DNA of 64,000 bases from an uncultured Opitutaceae bacterium (GTDB lineage Bacteria; Verrucomicrobiota; Verrucomicrobiia; Opitutales; Opitutaceae): positions 3,171-67,170 of the forward strand of contig CBFHXU010000001.1 in the NCBI GenBank assembly GCA_965659875.1, written 5' to 3'. Below the pieces are notes generated by a model. The model did no database searches and was not told the origin of the DNA. It saw nothing but the letters and a program-made list of their open reading frames with translations. A program made the translations under genes and the position numbers. Within the stretch, counting starts at the first letter, position 1. Every line of letters begins with the position of its first letter. Below, one piece after another: positions 42,719-51,834 of the stretch.

Positions 42719-45319
42719 TCAGGGAGTAATGGTTTGGGAGATTCGTTTGAGGTCGTCTTCGCTCCATGCCGCGGCGCGTGAGTCGTATTTTTTGCGGGCG
42801 GCCGCGACTTCTACCGGCGAAACGGCTGAAGCGGTGTGACCAAAGGAGCGGCGTATAAAAGTGAGGGCGGCGGCGATGGAATCATCATCAAGTGTGCCCA
42901 AGGGAGGCATGGCGAGTTGTTCGCCCTCCTTGCCTTTGAGCACGATGGCGGCGGCGATCTCGGCCGGCCCGATGGCCCAGGGCGAACCGACGAGCGAGGG
43001 AGCGAGTCCATTCATGCCGCGACCGTCTGCTTGGTGGCAACCGGCGCAGAGCAGGTAGGAGATTTTGCCCTGCTCGAACCGAGCCTGTTCAGCGGCCGTG
43101 AGGGGAATCACCTTGGGACCGGCGGCTTGAGCGGCGGGGCCGTCGATGAATTGCAAAAGGTCGTTCGCGCGACGGGCGAGGGCAGCGTTGCCTTTACCGG
43201 CGTATTTTTTCAGAGCGGTGGGTTCGACCGCAAGTTTGAGCCGGCGGCGGTCGTCGTCCTTGCCCTTGGTGTGGGACTCAAATCCGGCAATGATGGCCTG
43301 GGCGAAGGCGGGGTCGGAACTCGGTGCGAGCAACATATTCAGAGCGTCGGCAACTTCGGCGGCGTCGCCGCGGTTGACGATGGTTTCGACGGCGAGCCGA
43401 ACGACGGATTGAGCGTCATCGTGGAGGGGATTGGTGATCTCCTTAAGGAACTCGATTTCGTGTCCGGCGATTCCACTGACCAAGGCTTCGTCCATGGCCT
43501 CCGCTTCGTAGCCTTGGCTGGCAAAAGCGGCCAGAGGTTTGACGCGATTGGCCGCGGGCAAGGCCCCAAGACTGAGCACCGCTTGGCGTCGAACCTCGGG
43601 TTCGTCGGCGCCAAGTTCGCTCACCGCATAGTCGATGAATTTTGAGCCGGCCTGGGCGAGCCATGCTTCACTAATCTGGAGTAAGGCGACGCGGGTGACG
43701 GGGGCAGCATTCTGAGTCAGTTCCCAGAACGTAGCGGCGTCGAGGTGGTCCATGCCATGCAGCGTCCAGATGGCGTTCAGGTGACCGGGGTTGGTCGGAT
43801 CGAGCGCGATTTTTTTCAGCGCGGGTACGGCGGCGGAGGCATGTTGTTCGACGAGCAGACGTTGGGCGGTTTCGCGCCACCAGGCATCGCGGCGGTTCAG
43901 GGCGGCTACGAGTTCGCTGGTGCTGGCGGTATGCAGGGCGGGTTGCCCGGCGGGCGTCGCCTTGTCTGGCACGATTCGGTAGATGCGTCCCATACCGAGA
44001 GGTTTGTCGAGTCCGCGCTCAAGGATCTGGGCGCGCAGGAAACTGGTGACAAAAATGCGGTGCTGAATGATGCCGCGATACATGTCGACGATGTAGAGGC
44101 CGCCGTCGGGACCGTTGTAGAGATTGACGGGCCGGAAGCGTTCGTCGGTCGAAGTGAGGAAGTCGAAGTGATCGTAGGCGTCGGATCCCGCGATCCCGCC
44201 ATCTTTTGTCGGAGAGAGTTTCAAGCGTTTGATCAGATTGGCGGCGGGCTCGGGGATGAAGGCGTTGCCGTAGAATGTTTCGGGAAACAATGAACCACGG
44301 TAGATCACGGGTCCGCTGGCGGCGGTCATGTTAGGGAGATATCCGTCTTCGGTGAGGATCTTGTAGCCGCGATTCACGCCGGGGGTGATGCGACTGGGGT
44401 AGACGGGCAGGTCGTTGTTTTTAATCGTCTCGCGATTGATCGCGCGGTGGCTGTGCAGGTCGGTGTTGCGCAGGAGATATTCGCCGGGAAAGACGTCCAC
44501 CTTCAAGGGGCTGCTGTTGGTATTGTAGAAGAAGCGCCCGGTGTCGTCGTAGGTCAGCCCCCATTGCCCGCGGTCGGGGGCGGGGGCGGAAGTCCATTCG
44601 CCTTGGCTCCAGTGGTAACGCTCGTCGTCGTTGGCGTTGTAGATCCAATTGTCGAGACCCCAAATCAAGCCGTTGGCGGTATGTTCGGGGCTGCGGCGGC
44701 TACCATAGGTTTCGGAGATTACGATACGTTCATCGGCGATGTCGTCACCGTCGGTATCGCGCATGTGCCAGAGGGTCGGTGGGGCGGCGACGAGCACGCC
44801 ATCACCGACGAGAGCGAGCGCGCGCGGCATGACCAACCCATCGGCGAATTCAATGCGTTTATCCATGCGACCGTCCCCATCGGTATCGCTGAGCACGGCG
44901 ATGGTGCCGATGGGGGCGTCTTCGCCGTCGCCGTCGACGTTGGGCATGTAGCCGCGCATTTCGGCGACCCAGATGCGACCATCGGGACCGATCTGCATGG
45001 CCACCGGATCGAAGATCAAGGGATCGGCGGCAACCACTTCGATGCGAAATCCGGGGGCGACTTCAAAGGTCTCCATGGCCTCTTCGACCGACAGAGGGGG
45101 GGCGGGTGGAATAACCCAGTGGTCGGGGGGCGGTCGCTGAGGATCGTCGGGGCGGTCACCATTTTGGGCCGAAGCCGTGGCAGCCGACGCGATTAAGAGC
45201 GCGAAAAGAAGTCGAAGTATACGAGGGATGTGAAAGGGGGGTTTTTCTCGACCCGTACGTGCGGCGTCAGAGGAAATCAAAATAGCGGTAAGTCGTCCAC
45301 TAACAGGAGGTGTTATCAC
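42719..45319 (-). CDS. PVC-type heme-binding CxxCH protein: membrane-bound-dehydrogenase-like propeller + HEAT repeats + cytochrome c
   Basis: DGRIWVAEMRGYMPNVDG and DTDGDGRMDKR in the N-terminal dehydrogenase-type domain, a HEAT-like central region, and a C-terminal LLCAGCHQADGRG. GTG start; the exact start is uncertain. Confidence 0.8.
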   Translation of the reverse strand: MITPPVSGRLTAILISSDAARTGREKPPFHIPRILRLLFALLIASAATASAQNGDRPDDPQRPPPDHWVIPPAPPLSVEEAMETFEVAPGFRIEVVAADPLIFDPVAMQIGPDGRIWVAEMRGYMPNVDGDGEDAPIGTIAVLSDTDGDGRMDKRIEFADGLVMPRALALVGDGVLVAAPPTLWHMRDTDGDDIADERIVISETYGSRRSPEHTANGLIWGLDNWIYNANDDERYHWSQGEWTSAPAPDRGQWGLTYDDTGRFFYNTNSSPLKVDVFPGEYLLRNTDLHSHRAINRETIKNNDLPVYPSRITPGVNRGYKILTEDGYLPNMTAASGPVIYRGSLFPETFYGNAFIPEPAANLIKRLKLSPTKDGGIAGSDAYDHFDFLTSTDERFRPVNLYNGPDGGLYIVDMYRGIIQHRIFVTSFLRAQILERGLDKPLGMGRIYRIVPDKATPAGQPALHTASTSELVAALNRRDAWWRETAQRLLVEQHASAAVPALKKIALDPTNPGHLNAIWTLHGMDHLDAATFWELTQNAAPVTRVALLQISEAWLAQAGSKFIDYAVSELGADEPEVRRQAVLSLGALPAANRVKPLAAFASQGYEAEAMDEALVSGIAGHEIEFLKEITNPLHDDAQSVVRLAVETIVNRGDAAEVADALNMLLAPSSDPAFAQAIIAGFESHTKGKDDDRRRLKLAVEPTALKKYAGKGNAALARRANDLLQFIDGPAAQAAGPKVIPLTAAEQARFEQGKISYLLCAGCHQADGRGMNGLAPSLVGSPWAIGPAEIAAAIVLKGKEGEQLAMPPLGTLDDDSIAAALTFIRRSFGHTASAVSPVEVAAARKKYDSRAAAWSEDDLKRISQTITP

Positions 45320-45380
45320 GCATGTTGGTTGTTATTTTCCGCAATAATTAAAATGCGGGGCGGACAAAAGGGAGTGATTA

Positions 45381-46175
45381 TTATGAGGATGTGAGCTCCC
45401 GTTGGTGGCGAGTAATCAGAGCGTTTAAAGTGAGGGCGTCGCCCTCGAGTTGATCGAGTGAGTCATCCCGCACGAACTCGAGCAGGAGGAAACGCTGCAG
45501 GGGTGGAGTAGGCGTTGCGATTTGCAGAAAATCATGCCACCCGTGCACGGCTTCGGCCAGCGGCCGGCGGTCAATTTCCCCCGCTTTGAAGTTCCAGTGG
45601 AAAACGTGAAGGTGGGTAATATGGGGCAAGAGACGTTGCAGCACCGCGGCGGAGTAGTCGGTGGATTTGCCGTTACTGGTCTGCCAGTAGAGTTTCACAT
45701 TCGGATGGTCCACTGCCTCGATCAGTTGCAGGGCCGAGTCGGGATCGTCGGTGAGGGTATTGGCGTGGAATTCGATGCAGATCTGGATCTCTTGTTCGGC
45801 GGCCATCGTTCCGATGCGGCGCAAGTCCTCGATGATGCGCGTGCGGTCGTCGTCCGAGGCTTGGGCGGAAGCGGAGGTGCCCGCCCAGACCCGGATCAGC
45901 GGAGCGCCCAGTGCCTTCGCGCTGGCCAAGACGTCCGCGAAGTTCGGTTGTTCGGCCGTCGGGTCGCACCGGTAGTAGGACCCGTAAGCTGCGACGGTCA
46001 GGCCGGCCGCGCGGGTGGTGTTGCCGACTTTTTGCGCAATGGCGACATCGCCGTGGGGGACATGGATGTCGCCGCCCCATTCGATGGCCAGCAACCCACT
46101 GCGCACGCAGGCATCGATGATGATCGATGGGCTCAATTTACGGAAAGAGACGGAGACGAGACCGGGGATATACAT
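45381..46175 (-). CDS. Sugar phosphate isomerase/epimerase-like (xylose-isomerase-like TIM barrel) protein
   Basis: 264 aa with family-like features (IEWGGDIHVPHG ... ICIEFHANTLTD ... HLHVFHW). Confidence 0.75.
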   Translation of the reverse strand: MYIPGLVSVSFRKLSPSIIIDACVRSGLLAIEWGGDIHVPHGDVAIAQKVGNTTRAAGLTVAAYGSYYRCDPTAEQPNFADVLASAKALGAPLIRVWAGTSASAQASDDDRTRIIEDLRRIGTMAAEQEIQICIEFHANTLTDDPDSALQLIEAVDHPNVKLYWQTSNGKSTDYSAAVLQRLLPHITHLHVFHWNFKAGEIDRRPLAEAVHGWHDFLQIATPTPPLQRFLLLEFVRDDSLDQLEGDALTLNALITRHQRELTSS

Positions 46176-46286
46176 AGGGGTAGTCCAAGGTCTGGCCGCG
46201 GGCGGGGAATGAGGGAAGGGTTTCCTGACTGAAACGAATAATTGGTCAACGAGCCGCCGCCTGCTGGCCGATTTTCCCGGTCGAAC

Positions 46287-47768
46287 TCAATAGGGTTGGG
46301 TGGGCACCGGGAGAAGGGGGACAAATTTGGCGCCGCCTTTTTTCAGCTCCGCATTGAGCAGCGTGCGCATCGCCATTTTGGCATCATGGTATTCCGGGCG
46401 CACGGCCAGGTTGGAAAGTTCCTCCGGATCCGCCGCCAGATCATACAGCTCGTCGAGGTAGTCTTGGTAGATATAGCGGATGTATTTGTAGTTGCCCTGA
46501 CGCAGCATCAGCCACGCGCGAATACCGGTCTTGTGGGTGATAAATTCACTCCAGTCGCCGGTGTCGTGGGCTTTCTCCAATTCAGCGATCAACTGCGGTT
46601 CTCCACCATACATGGTGCCGATGTAGGCCTGCACCATCGGTTTGTCGTCCCAATCGCGGATCTGGGGTTGGAGTAGAATTTCGGTCAGATCCCGACCGTC
46701 CAGTTTTTCCGCGGGTTCGACTCCCGCCAGGCTGTGGAAAGTGCGAACGAGATCGACACCGTTGACAGGCACGGTGCTACGGGTGTCGGCCGGAACTTTG
46801 CCCGGCCAATGCACAATCAGGGGCGCCAGCAGGTTGGCATCGTATGGGGCGATTTTGAGGGTAAACCCATGCTGACCCCACGCGTAGCCCTGGTCGGAAG
46901 TAAATACGACCACGGTGTTCTCCAACTGACCGGTTTCCGCCAACGCCTGCATGATGCGACCGACGCTTTCATCGATGGCCATCACCGCTTCGTGATACTT
47001 TTTCACCGCGGCATCCAACGTGTCATCGCCTTTCATGGGGAGGCCGGTTTCGGGGTGGGGGTCATACATGGCCAGATCAACCATGTGCTCGGGTTTGTCC
47101 GGGCGAGGTGGCCAGAGGTCCTTGGGGTAGACCATTTCGGGGGAGTCGCTCAGATTTCCGATATGGCGATCCGCCGGCGTGTAGGGACCATGGACGGCGC
47201 CGTAGCAGAGCCAGAAATACCAGGGCTGGTCGGGCTCTTCCGCGCGTTCCTGCAGAAACTCGATTGTGAGGTCCGTGTAGGCGTCGGTGCTGTATTGTTT
47301 CAGGGGCAACAGCTCCTTCCCATTGATGCGCAGTGACTGATCCCAGTAATAGTTTTTACCATTTTCAGGAAGGTGATGCTCCCACACCGCGGACCAGTCC
47401 CATGCCTTATCGTAGCGCGGCACGTTCCAATGCCACTTGCCGATCATGCCGGTGTAGTAGCCTTGGGAACGGAAGTGTGTGGGCCAGTAGGGTGTCTCCT
47501 TGCGGTAGTTGAATTGGTGCATGCCGGTGAGGGCATTGCCGCGGGAGGGCACGCATTTGGCGCCGGTGTAGCTGTAGCGAAACCTCAGTCCTTTTTTGGC
47601 CAGCGCATCGATGTTCGGCGTATGAATCCAAGGCTGAGCCTCGGTATAAGCGCTGATGGTCCGGATGCTCTGATCATCGGTGAAGATATAGAGAATGTTG
47701 GGCCGCTCTGCTTGGAGAACCGGGGTCAGCAGCAGCAGAAAAACGAAGAGTCGGGGAAGGGGGGTCAA
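46287..47768 (-). CDS. Sulfatase (S1)
   Basis: RPNILYIFTDDQS and canonical CVPSRGNALTG. TTG start at 47768. Confidence 0.85.
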   Translation of the reverse strand: MTPLPRLFVFLLLLTPVLQAERPNILYIFTDDQSIRTISAYTEAQPWIHTPNIDALAKKGLRFRYSYTGAKCVPSRGNALTGMHQFNYRKETPYWPTHFRSQGYYTGMIGKWHWNVPRYDKAWDWSAVWEHHLPENGKNYYWDQSLRINGKELLPLKQYSTDAYTDLTIEFLQERAEEPDQPWYFWLCYGAVHGPYTPADRHIGNLSDSPEMVYPKDLWPPRPDKPEHMVDLAMYDPHPETGLPMKGDDTLDAAVKKYHEAVMAIDESVGRIMQALAETGQLENTVVVFTSDQGYAWGQHGFTLKIAPYDANLLAPLIVHWPGKVPADTRSTVPVNGVDLVRTFHSLAGVEPAEKLDGRDLTEILLQPQIRDWDDKPMVQAYIGTMYGGEPQLIAELEKAHDTGDWSEFITHKTGIRAWLMLRQGNYKYIRYIYQDYLDELYDLAADPEELSNLAVRPEYHDAKMAMRTLLNAELKKGGAKFVPLLPVPTQPY

Positions 47769-47827
47769 AGCGATAAGAGGTGTGAATTTGAGACGTCAGA
47801 TCGCGCGTGTAGGCGGCGGCCAGGGAA

Positions 47828-49288
47828 CTACTTGGCGTGCAGCAGAAATGCTTTGGCGCGGGGGCTTTCTTCCCCGAGAGGCCAGCCGTAAAACATCAAC
47901 AGGTCTTCCACGGGTTGGCCGTTGGGCAGCGTGACCGGTTGAGGATTGTTGTAGCGCCATCCGGCGAATGCAGGAGCTTGCGGCGTAAGGTCGGCGGCCA
48001 TGGACCAGGTCTGGCCGTTGTCGCGGGAGATCCACTCCTCGAGCCGACCGCCACCGTGTTTGTCCATGTAACCACCCGTGCGGCTGTAGCCCTTCGAGCC
48101 GCGCTCAAAGCGATCTGAAATCTGGCTGCTCTCCACCCAGATCGTATCGATGTAGACGTCTCCGGTAAGCACATACGCCCGCCAAACGCCGTCGGGAGTA
48201 TAGCGTAAATGACTGCTGTTCCATTGGTGGTTGGACGCGGTGATGCGGTCGGCCTGCCACGCGTTGTCGACGCGATGGTAGAGGTAGTAGTCGTGCTGCT
48301 CGGTGGTTTCGCCCGAGAGCACGTGGAGGAAGGCGGGATCGCCGTTGGCGTCGAACGTGATGTCGGGCGGCACGCCGGCGCCGCGCCAATCCGTGTCCCA
48401 GATGCGGCAGAGCTCATTCGCCTGATCGAGATCGAGGGGGAGGGTGAGCGGCTTGCCCTCGAAATTGACCGCCTCGTTCGTGTCGGTATCGATCCGCAGA
48501 TAGTAGAGGTTGTATTTATACTCGTTGCTGACGGCCTTTTGGTAGCGCGGATTAAAGTAGCGGTCGGTGTCGCGCACCTTGTTGTCGTCGTAGGCGGTGA
48601 AGGCCACGTGCAGATAGCGTCCTTCCGGACCGAGCTGTTTCGTTTGGTAGGAGGACCATTGGAAATGATCGATTCGATCGAGGTCGGTTACGATGACCGG
48701 TTCCGGGTCGTCTTTGAAGCGGCCATCCTCCGAGATCTTGTAGCCCCAGGAACTGGTGTGGCCTTCGGTGCGGTAGTAGATCAATTGGCGTTGGCCGGAG
48801 AGCTGGAAAACCGTCGGGTAGGAGTTGGAGGGCGAGATGGGCGGGGCCGCCTGCCACGCGGAGAGGTTGTCGCCCGGGTCGCCGGGTTTTTGCGAAATGA
48901 TGCGGTAACCGGAGCTGTTGTGGCTGCCATACAACACGTGCAAACGCTCGCGTTGATCGGCCCAGATGATGGGACAGTCGTGATGGTCCGAACTGCCGGC
49001 GCCCAACACGAACGGCTCACTCATACTGCGGGTGGCGGGATCGTAGGAGACCAACATCGGTTGGGTCGGCGACTTCGCTCCGCCGTTGGGATCGCCGCCG
49101 GCGTTGAACACGATAATCGCGCGATCGTGGATGTACACGGAGTTGGGCCGTTGTCGCCGATCGTAGAGCATCTTGAGCTGCCCATTGTCGCCGAAACTGA
49201 TGAGGTCGTGTTGGGCGAAACCGTATTTGGAGGGCTTTGCGACCAAGAGTTGCGAGCACGCGACAAGACTGAGCAGGAGGATTTTCAT
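47828..49288 (-). CDS. BNR_4-like beta-propeller protein, secreted
   Basis: Signal peptide. SSDHHDCPIIWADQRERLHVLYGSHNS resembles the BNR-4 repeat family. Assignment is from memory of the family only. Confidence 0.6.
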   Translation of the reverse strand: MKILLLSLVACSQLLVAKPSKYGFAQHDLISFGDNGQLKMLYDRRQRPNSVYIHDRAIIVFNAGGDPNGGAKSPTQPMLVSYDPATRSMSEPFVLGAGSSDHHDCPIIWADQRERLHVLYGSHNSSGYRIISQKPGDPGDNLSAWQAAPPISPSNSYPTVFQLSGQRQLIYYRTEGHTSSWGYKISEDGRFKDDPEPVIVTDLDRIDHFQWSSYQTKQLGPEGRYLHVAFTAYDDNKVRDTDRYFNPRYQKAVSNEYKYNLYYLRIDTDTNEAVNFEGKPLTLPLDLDQANELCRIWDTDWRGAGVPPDITFDANGDPAFLHVLSGETTEQHDYYLYHRVDNAWQADRITASNHQWNSSHLRYTPDGVWRAYVLTGDVYIDTIWVESSQISDRFERGSKGYSRTGGYMDKHGGGRLEEWISRDNGQTWSMAADLTPQAPAFAGWRYNNPQPVTLPNGQPVEDLLMFYGWPLGEESPRAKAFLLHAK

Positions 49289-49478
49289 CGGTAGGGTAAA
49301 AAGGAAAGCTGGGCTTACTCGAAGGGGAATATGAAGCCACCTTCCGGATTGGGCGAGCCATTGGTTTGATGGGGCTAATCGTTCACGAAGACCTGGTTAA
49401 AATATCGGTTGTCATGACGAGGTCGAAGAATCGAGCTACCTTGAAGGGCCATTCTGCCGACGGCCAGGATAACACCGT

Positions 49479-49489
49479 GCAACCGTTTC
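49479..49489. promoter_or_regulatory. Operator-like site GCAACCGTTTC
   Basis: About 190 nt upstream of the BNR_4-like gene start. Core AACCGTT. Confidence 0.35.
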
Positions 49490-49517
49490 AGAGATGAAGA
49501 AATCGCGCCGACGGTGC

Positions 49518-49528
49518 GAGAGCGTTAC
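49518..49528. promoter_or_regulatory. Operator-like site GAGAGCGTTAC (reverse complement GTAACGCTCTC)
   Basis: 28 nt (gap) from the site at 49479-49489. It resembles the site at 38740. Confidence 0.3.
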
Positions 49529-49553
49529 CTGAATGGGGGGGCGCGGCGAGCTG

Positions 49554-50528
49554 CTAGGCGCACACTTCGCGGGTGCCGTCCCAGCGATTAAATTTCTGTA
49601 ACTCGGCATTACCGCAAAGGGTGGCGCGTGCTTGCAGCCATGATTCCGCCCAGATCTTAGGATCGTGGAGTTCGGTCTCGGGATGAGCTCGACTGCGCGC
49701 GACAAATCCGGGGAAGGCATCCCGGCCGGAAGGTTGATCGGTTGGGTTGTAGCGCAGGTCGAAACTCCACCGAACGCGATTGCTCAGATTGGGTAACGAT
49801 GCGTGACAGGTGCGACGATGCAGCAACAGCACGTCGCCTCGAACCATCGGCAAAGACACCGCTTGTTGCTTCTCCACCAGTTGGTCGGGGATGCCGAAGC
49901 CGGCGGCGCCCAAGGGGCAATGATCGATAATGCCGCTACGGTGGCTGCGGGGGATCACTTCCAAGCAACCGGATTCGATGGGCGCATCCCACAGGGGAAG
50001 CCAAACGGTGATCATGTCGGTATCATCGGCTTCGGGCAGCGCCACTCCGTTGTCTTGATGCCATTGGGTCGCGCCTTGGAGGATCTCTCCTTTATCGTCC
50101 CGGACGGCCCGGCTTTCGGGTAGTTTCAGGCGGGCATGTTGAATCGGGTTCGAGTAGATCTCCGGTCCGATCAAACTTTCCATTAGATCGAGCAAACCAG
50201 GATGGCGCAGCAGGTTGAACACGGCAGGTCCGGACCAGATGGGTGTATCCGCCTGAATACTGCGTTGAGGGAGCGAGAAATCAAAGGACTGCGCGTGAAT
50301 CTTTCCGGTGTCTTCACAGATGCGAATCAGCCGTTCGCTAAAATTCTCATCGGCGTAGGTGGAGTTGATTTCCCCGGCCGCGAACAGTCGCTGAGCCAAT
50401 CGATCGAGCACCCCCGTATACTCCGCAATGATCGGATCCAAATCAGTCGCGGGATCGAAAAAGTCCCGGATGACGAGATAACCTTCATCCTCGAATTTCG
50501 AGAGCTGCGCGGGGGTGAGTGGGTTCAT
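49554..50528 (-). CDS. Phytanoyl-CoA dioxygenase (PhyH) family Fe(II)/2-oxoglutarate dioxygenase
   Basis: LSKFEDEGYLVIRDFFDP, TQWHQDN and HRRTCHAS are typical of PhyH-family proteins. Confidence 0.8.
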   Translation of the reverse strand: MNPLTPAQLSKFEDEGYLVIRDFFDPATDLDPIIAEYTGVLDRLAQRLFAAGEINSTYADENFSERLIRICEDTGKIHAQSFDFSLPQRSIQADTPIWSGPAVFNLLRHPGLLDLMESLIGPEIYSNPIQHARLKLPESRAVRDDKGEILQGATQWHQDNGVALPEADDTDMITVWLPLWDAPIESGCLEVIPRSHRSGIIDHCPLGAAGFGIPDQLVEKQQAVSLPMVRGDVLLLHRRTCHASLPNLSNRVRWSFDLRYNPTDQPSGRDAFPGFVARSRAHPETELHDPKIWAESWLQARATLCGNAELQKFNRWDGTREVCA

Positions 50529-50609
50529 GGGAGCAAGCGAGCGACTGGAACCCGACTACGGTTTATTTATGCGATTGGGGCAAGGCTCCACCCTCCCTGC
50601 TCCAGCGAA

Positions 50610-51719
50610 CTAAACGTATTTGTCGACAATATGACGCATCTCGGTGTCCGCTTCCTCCATACTTTGGAGGAGCATGAACTGGCCGCGGGCGCGGTCGAGG
50701 TTTTGGTTCGGCCGATCGGTGCGGAAGTAGATGTCACCTTCTAGGTGATCGGTCAGGAAACGCAGGCCGATCTCGTAGGTGATCAGACGACCGGCCACCG
50801 TGAGGTTGTCGATTTCGGTGGCGTTGAGGATGGAACGAGCGCTGCCATGATAACCGGCGACTAATTCCTTGAAGATAGGGAGTTGGACGCTGACCTTGCT
50901 GAGATCGCTTTCATCTTCGAGGCAGGGGTTGGTGGCAGAGCGCACCATGTCGCCAAAGTCGTAGAGTCCGAGCCCCGGCATGACCGTATCAAAATCGATT
51001 ACACAGACACCCTCGCCGTTGGTTTCGTCGATCAATACATTGCTGATCTTGGTATCGTTATGGGTAATACGTTCCGGGATTTCACCAGCTTCGTGGAGAT
51101 TAAGGAGGGAACTGGCGAGGGACTCTCGCGCGAGGGCAAATTCGATTTCGGGGCCGACTGTTTTCACCCGTGAGGCGGAATCGGTATCGATCGCGGAGCC
51201 CAAATTGGCGAAGCGTTGGCGGGTATTGTGGAAATCGGGGATGGTTTCGTTAAGGCGAGGTTCGCTGAGATCGGCGAGTTGTGCTTGAAATTCACCGAAC
51301 GCATAGGCGGCCGACCGGGCCACGGTCAGTGATGGGATGACGTCGTAGGACACCGCTCCCTCAATGAAATCGTAGCAACGCCAATGGCAGCCGTGATCAT
51401 CCACGTGGTAAGCTTGGTCCCCTTGCGTGCGGATGAGACGGAGGGGGCGACGGTTCCGGGAGGAGGAGGATTTCGAAAGGTGGTCGGTAACGCGTTGCAC
51501 ATTCTCCATCAGGGCCGGCACGTTTTGAAAAACGTGGTGATTTATGCGTTGGAGCACGTAGTGACAAGGCTCCCCGACACCTTGGCATTCCACAATGAAG
51601 CTATCATTGATCAACCCGTTTCCGTGCGGGCTCCCCGATGCGAACGGCGCTTCGAGGGCAAATTTTGATGCAATATGGGCAAGGTCCGCGGGATCAATCG
51701 GTGGAAGGGGGCTGCTCAT
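50610..51719 (-). CDS. Aminoglycoside-phosphotransferase-fold kinase, N-acetylhexosamine-1-kinase-like
   Basis: ITHNDTKISNVLID and VIDFDTVMPG (catalytic and DFD loops), resembling the NahK / so-called mucin-desulfatase MdsC family. ATG at 51719. Confidence 0.7.
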   Translation of the reverse strand: MSSPLPPIDPADLAHIASKFALEAPFASGSPHGNGLINDSFIVECQGVGEPCHYVLQRINHHVFQNVPALMENVQRVTDHLSKSSSSRNRRPLRLIRTQGDQAYHVDDHGCHWRCYDFIEGAVSYDVIPSLTVARSAAYAFGEFQAQLADLSEPRLNETIPDFHNTRQRFANLGSAIDTDSASRVKTVGPEIEFALARESLASSLLNLHEAGEIPERITHNDTKISNVLIDETNGEGVCVIDFDTVMPGLGLYDFGDMVRSATNPCLEDESDLSKVSVQLPIFKELVAGYHGSARSILNATEIDNLTVAGRLITYEIGLRFLTDHLEGDIYFRTDRPNQNLDRARGQFMLLQSMEEADTEMRHIVDKYV

Positions 51720-51805
51720 GAAAGGGGTGGAACATGAAGGGCTTTGTCGGCGGTGCAATCCGGATTCCGGCGAGGCAGGAATCTTATCTCAGGGAGATAA
51801 ACGAA

Positions 51806-51831
51806 AGCCGCGCTCCGGAAGGAGCGCGGCT
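51806..51831 (-). terminator. Rho-independent terminator of gnd
   Basis: Perfect 11-bp GC-rich stem AGCCGCGCTCC-GGAA-GGAGCGCGGCT. On the minus strand it is followed by TTTCGTTTATCT. Confidence 0.75.
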
Positions 51832-51834
51832 GGG

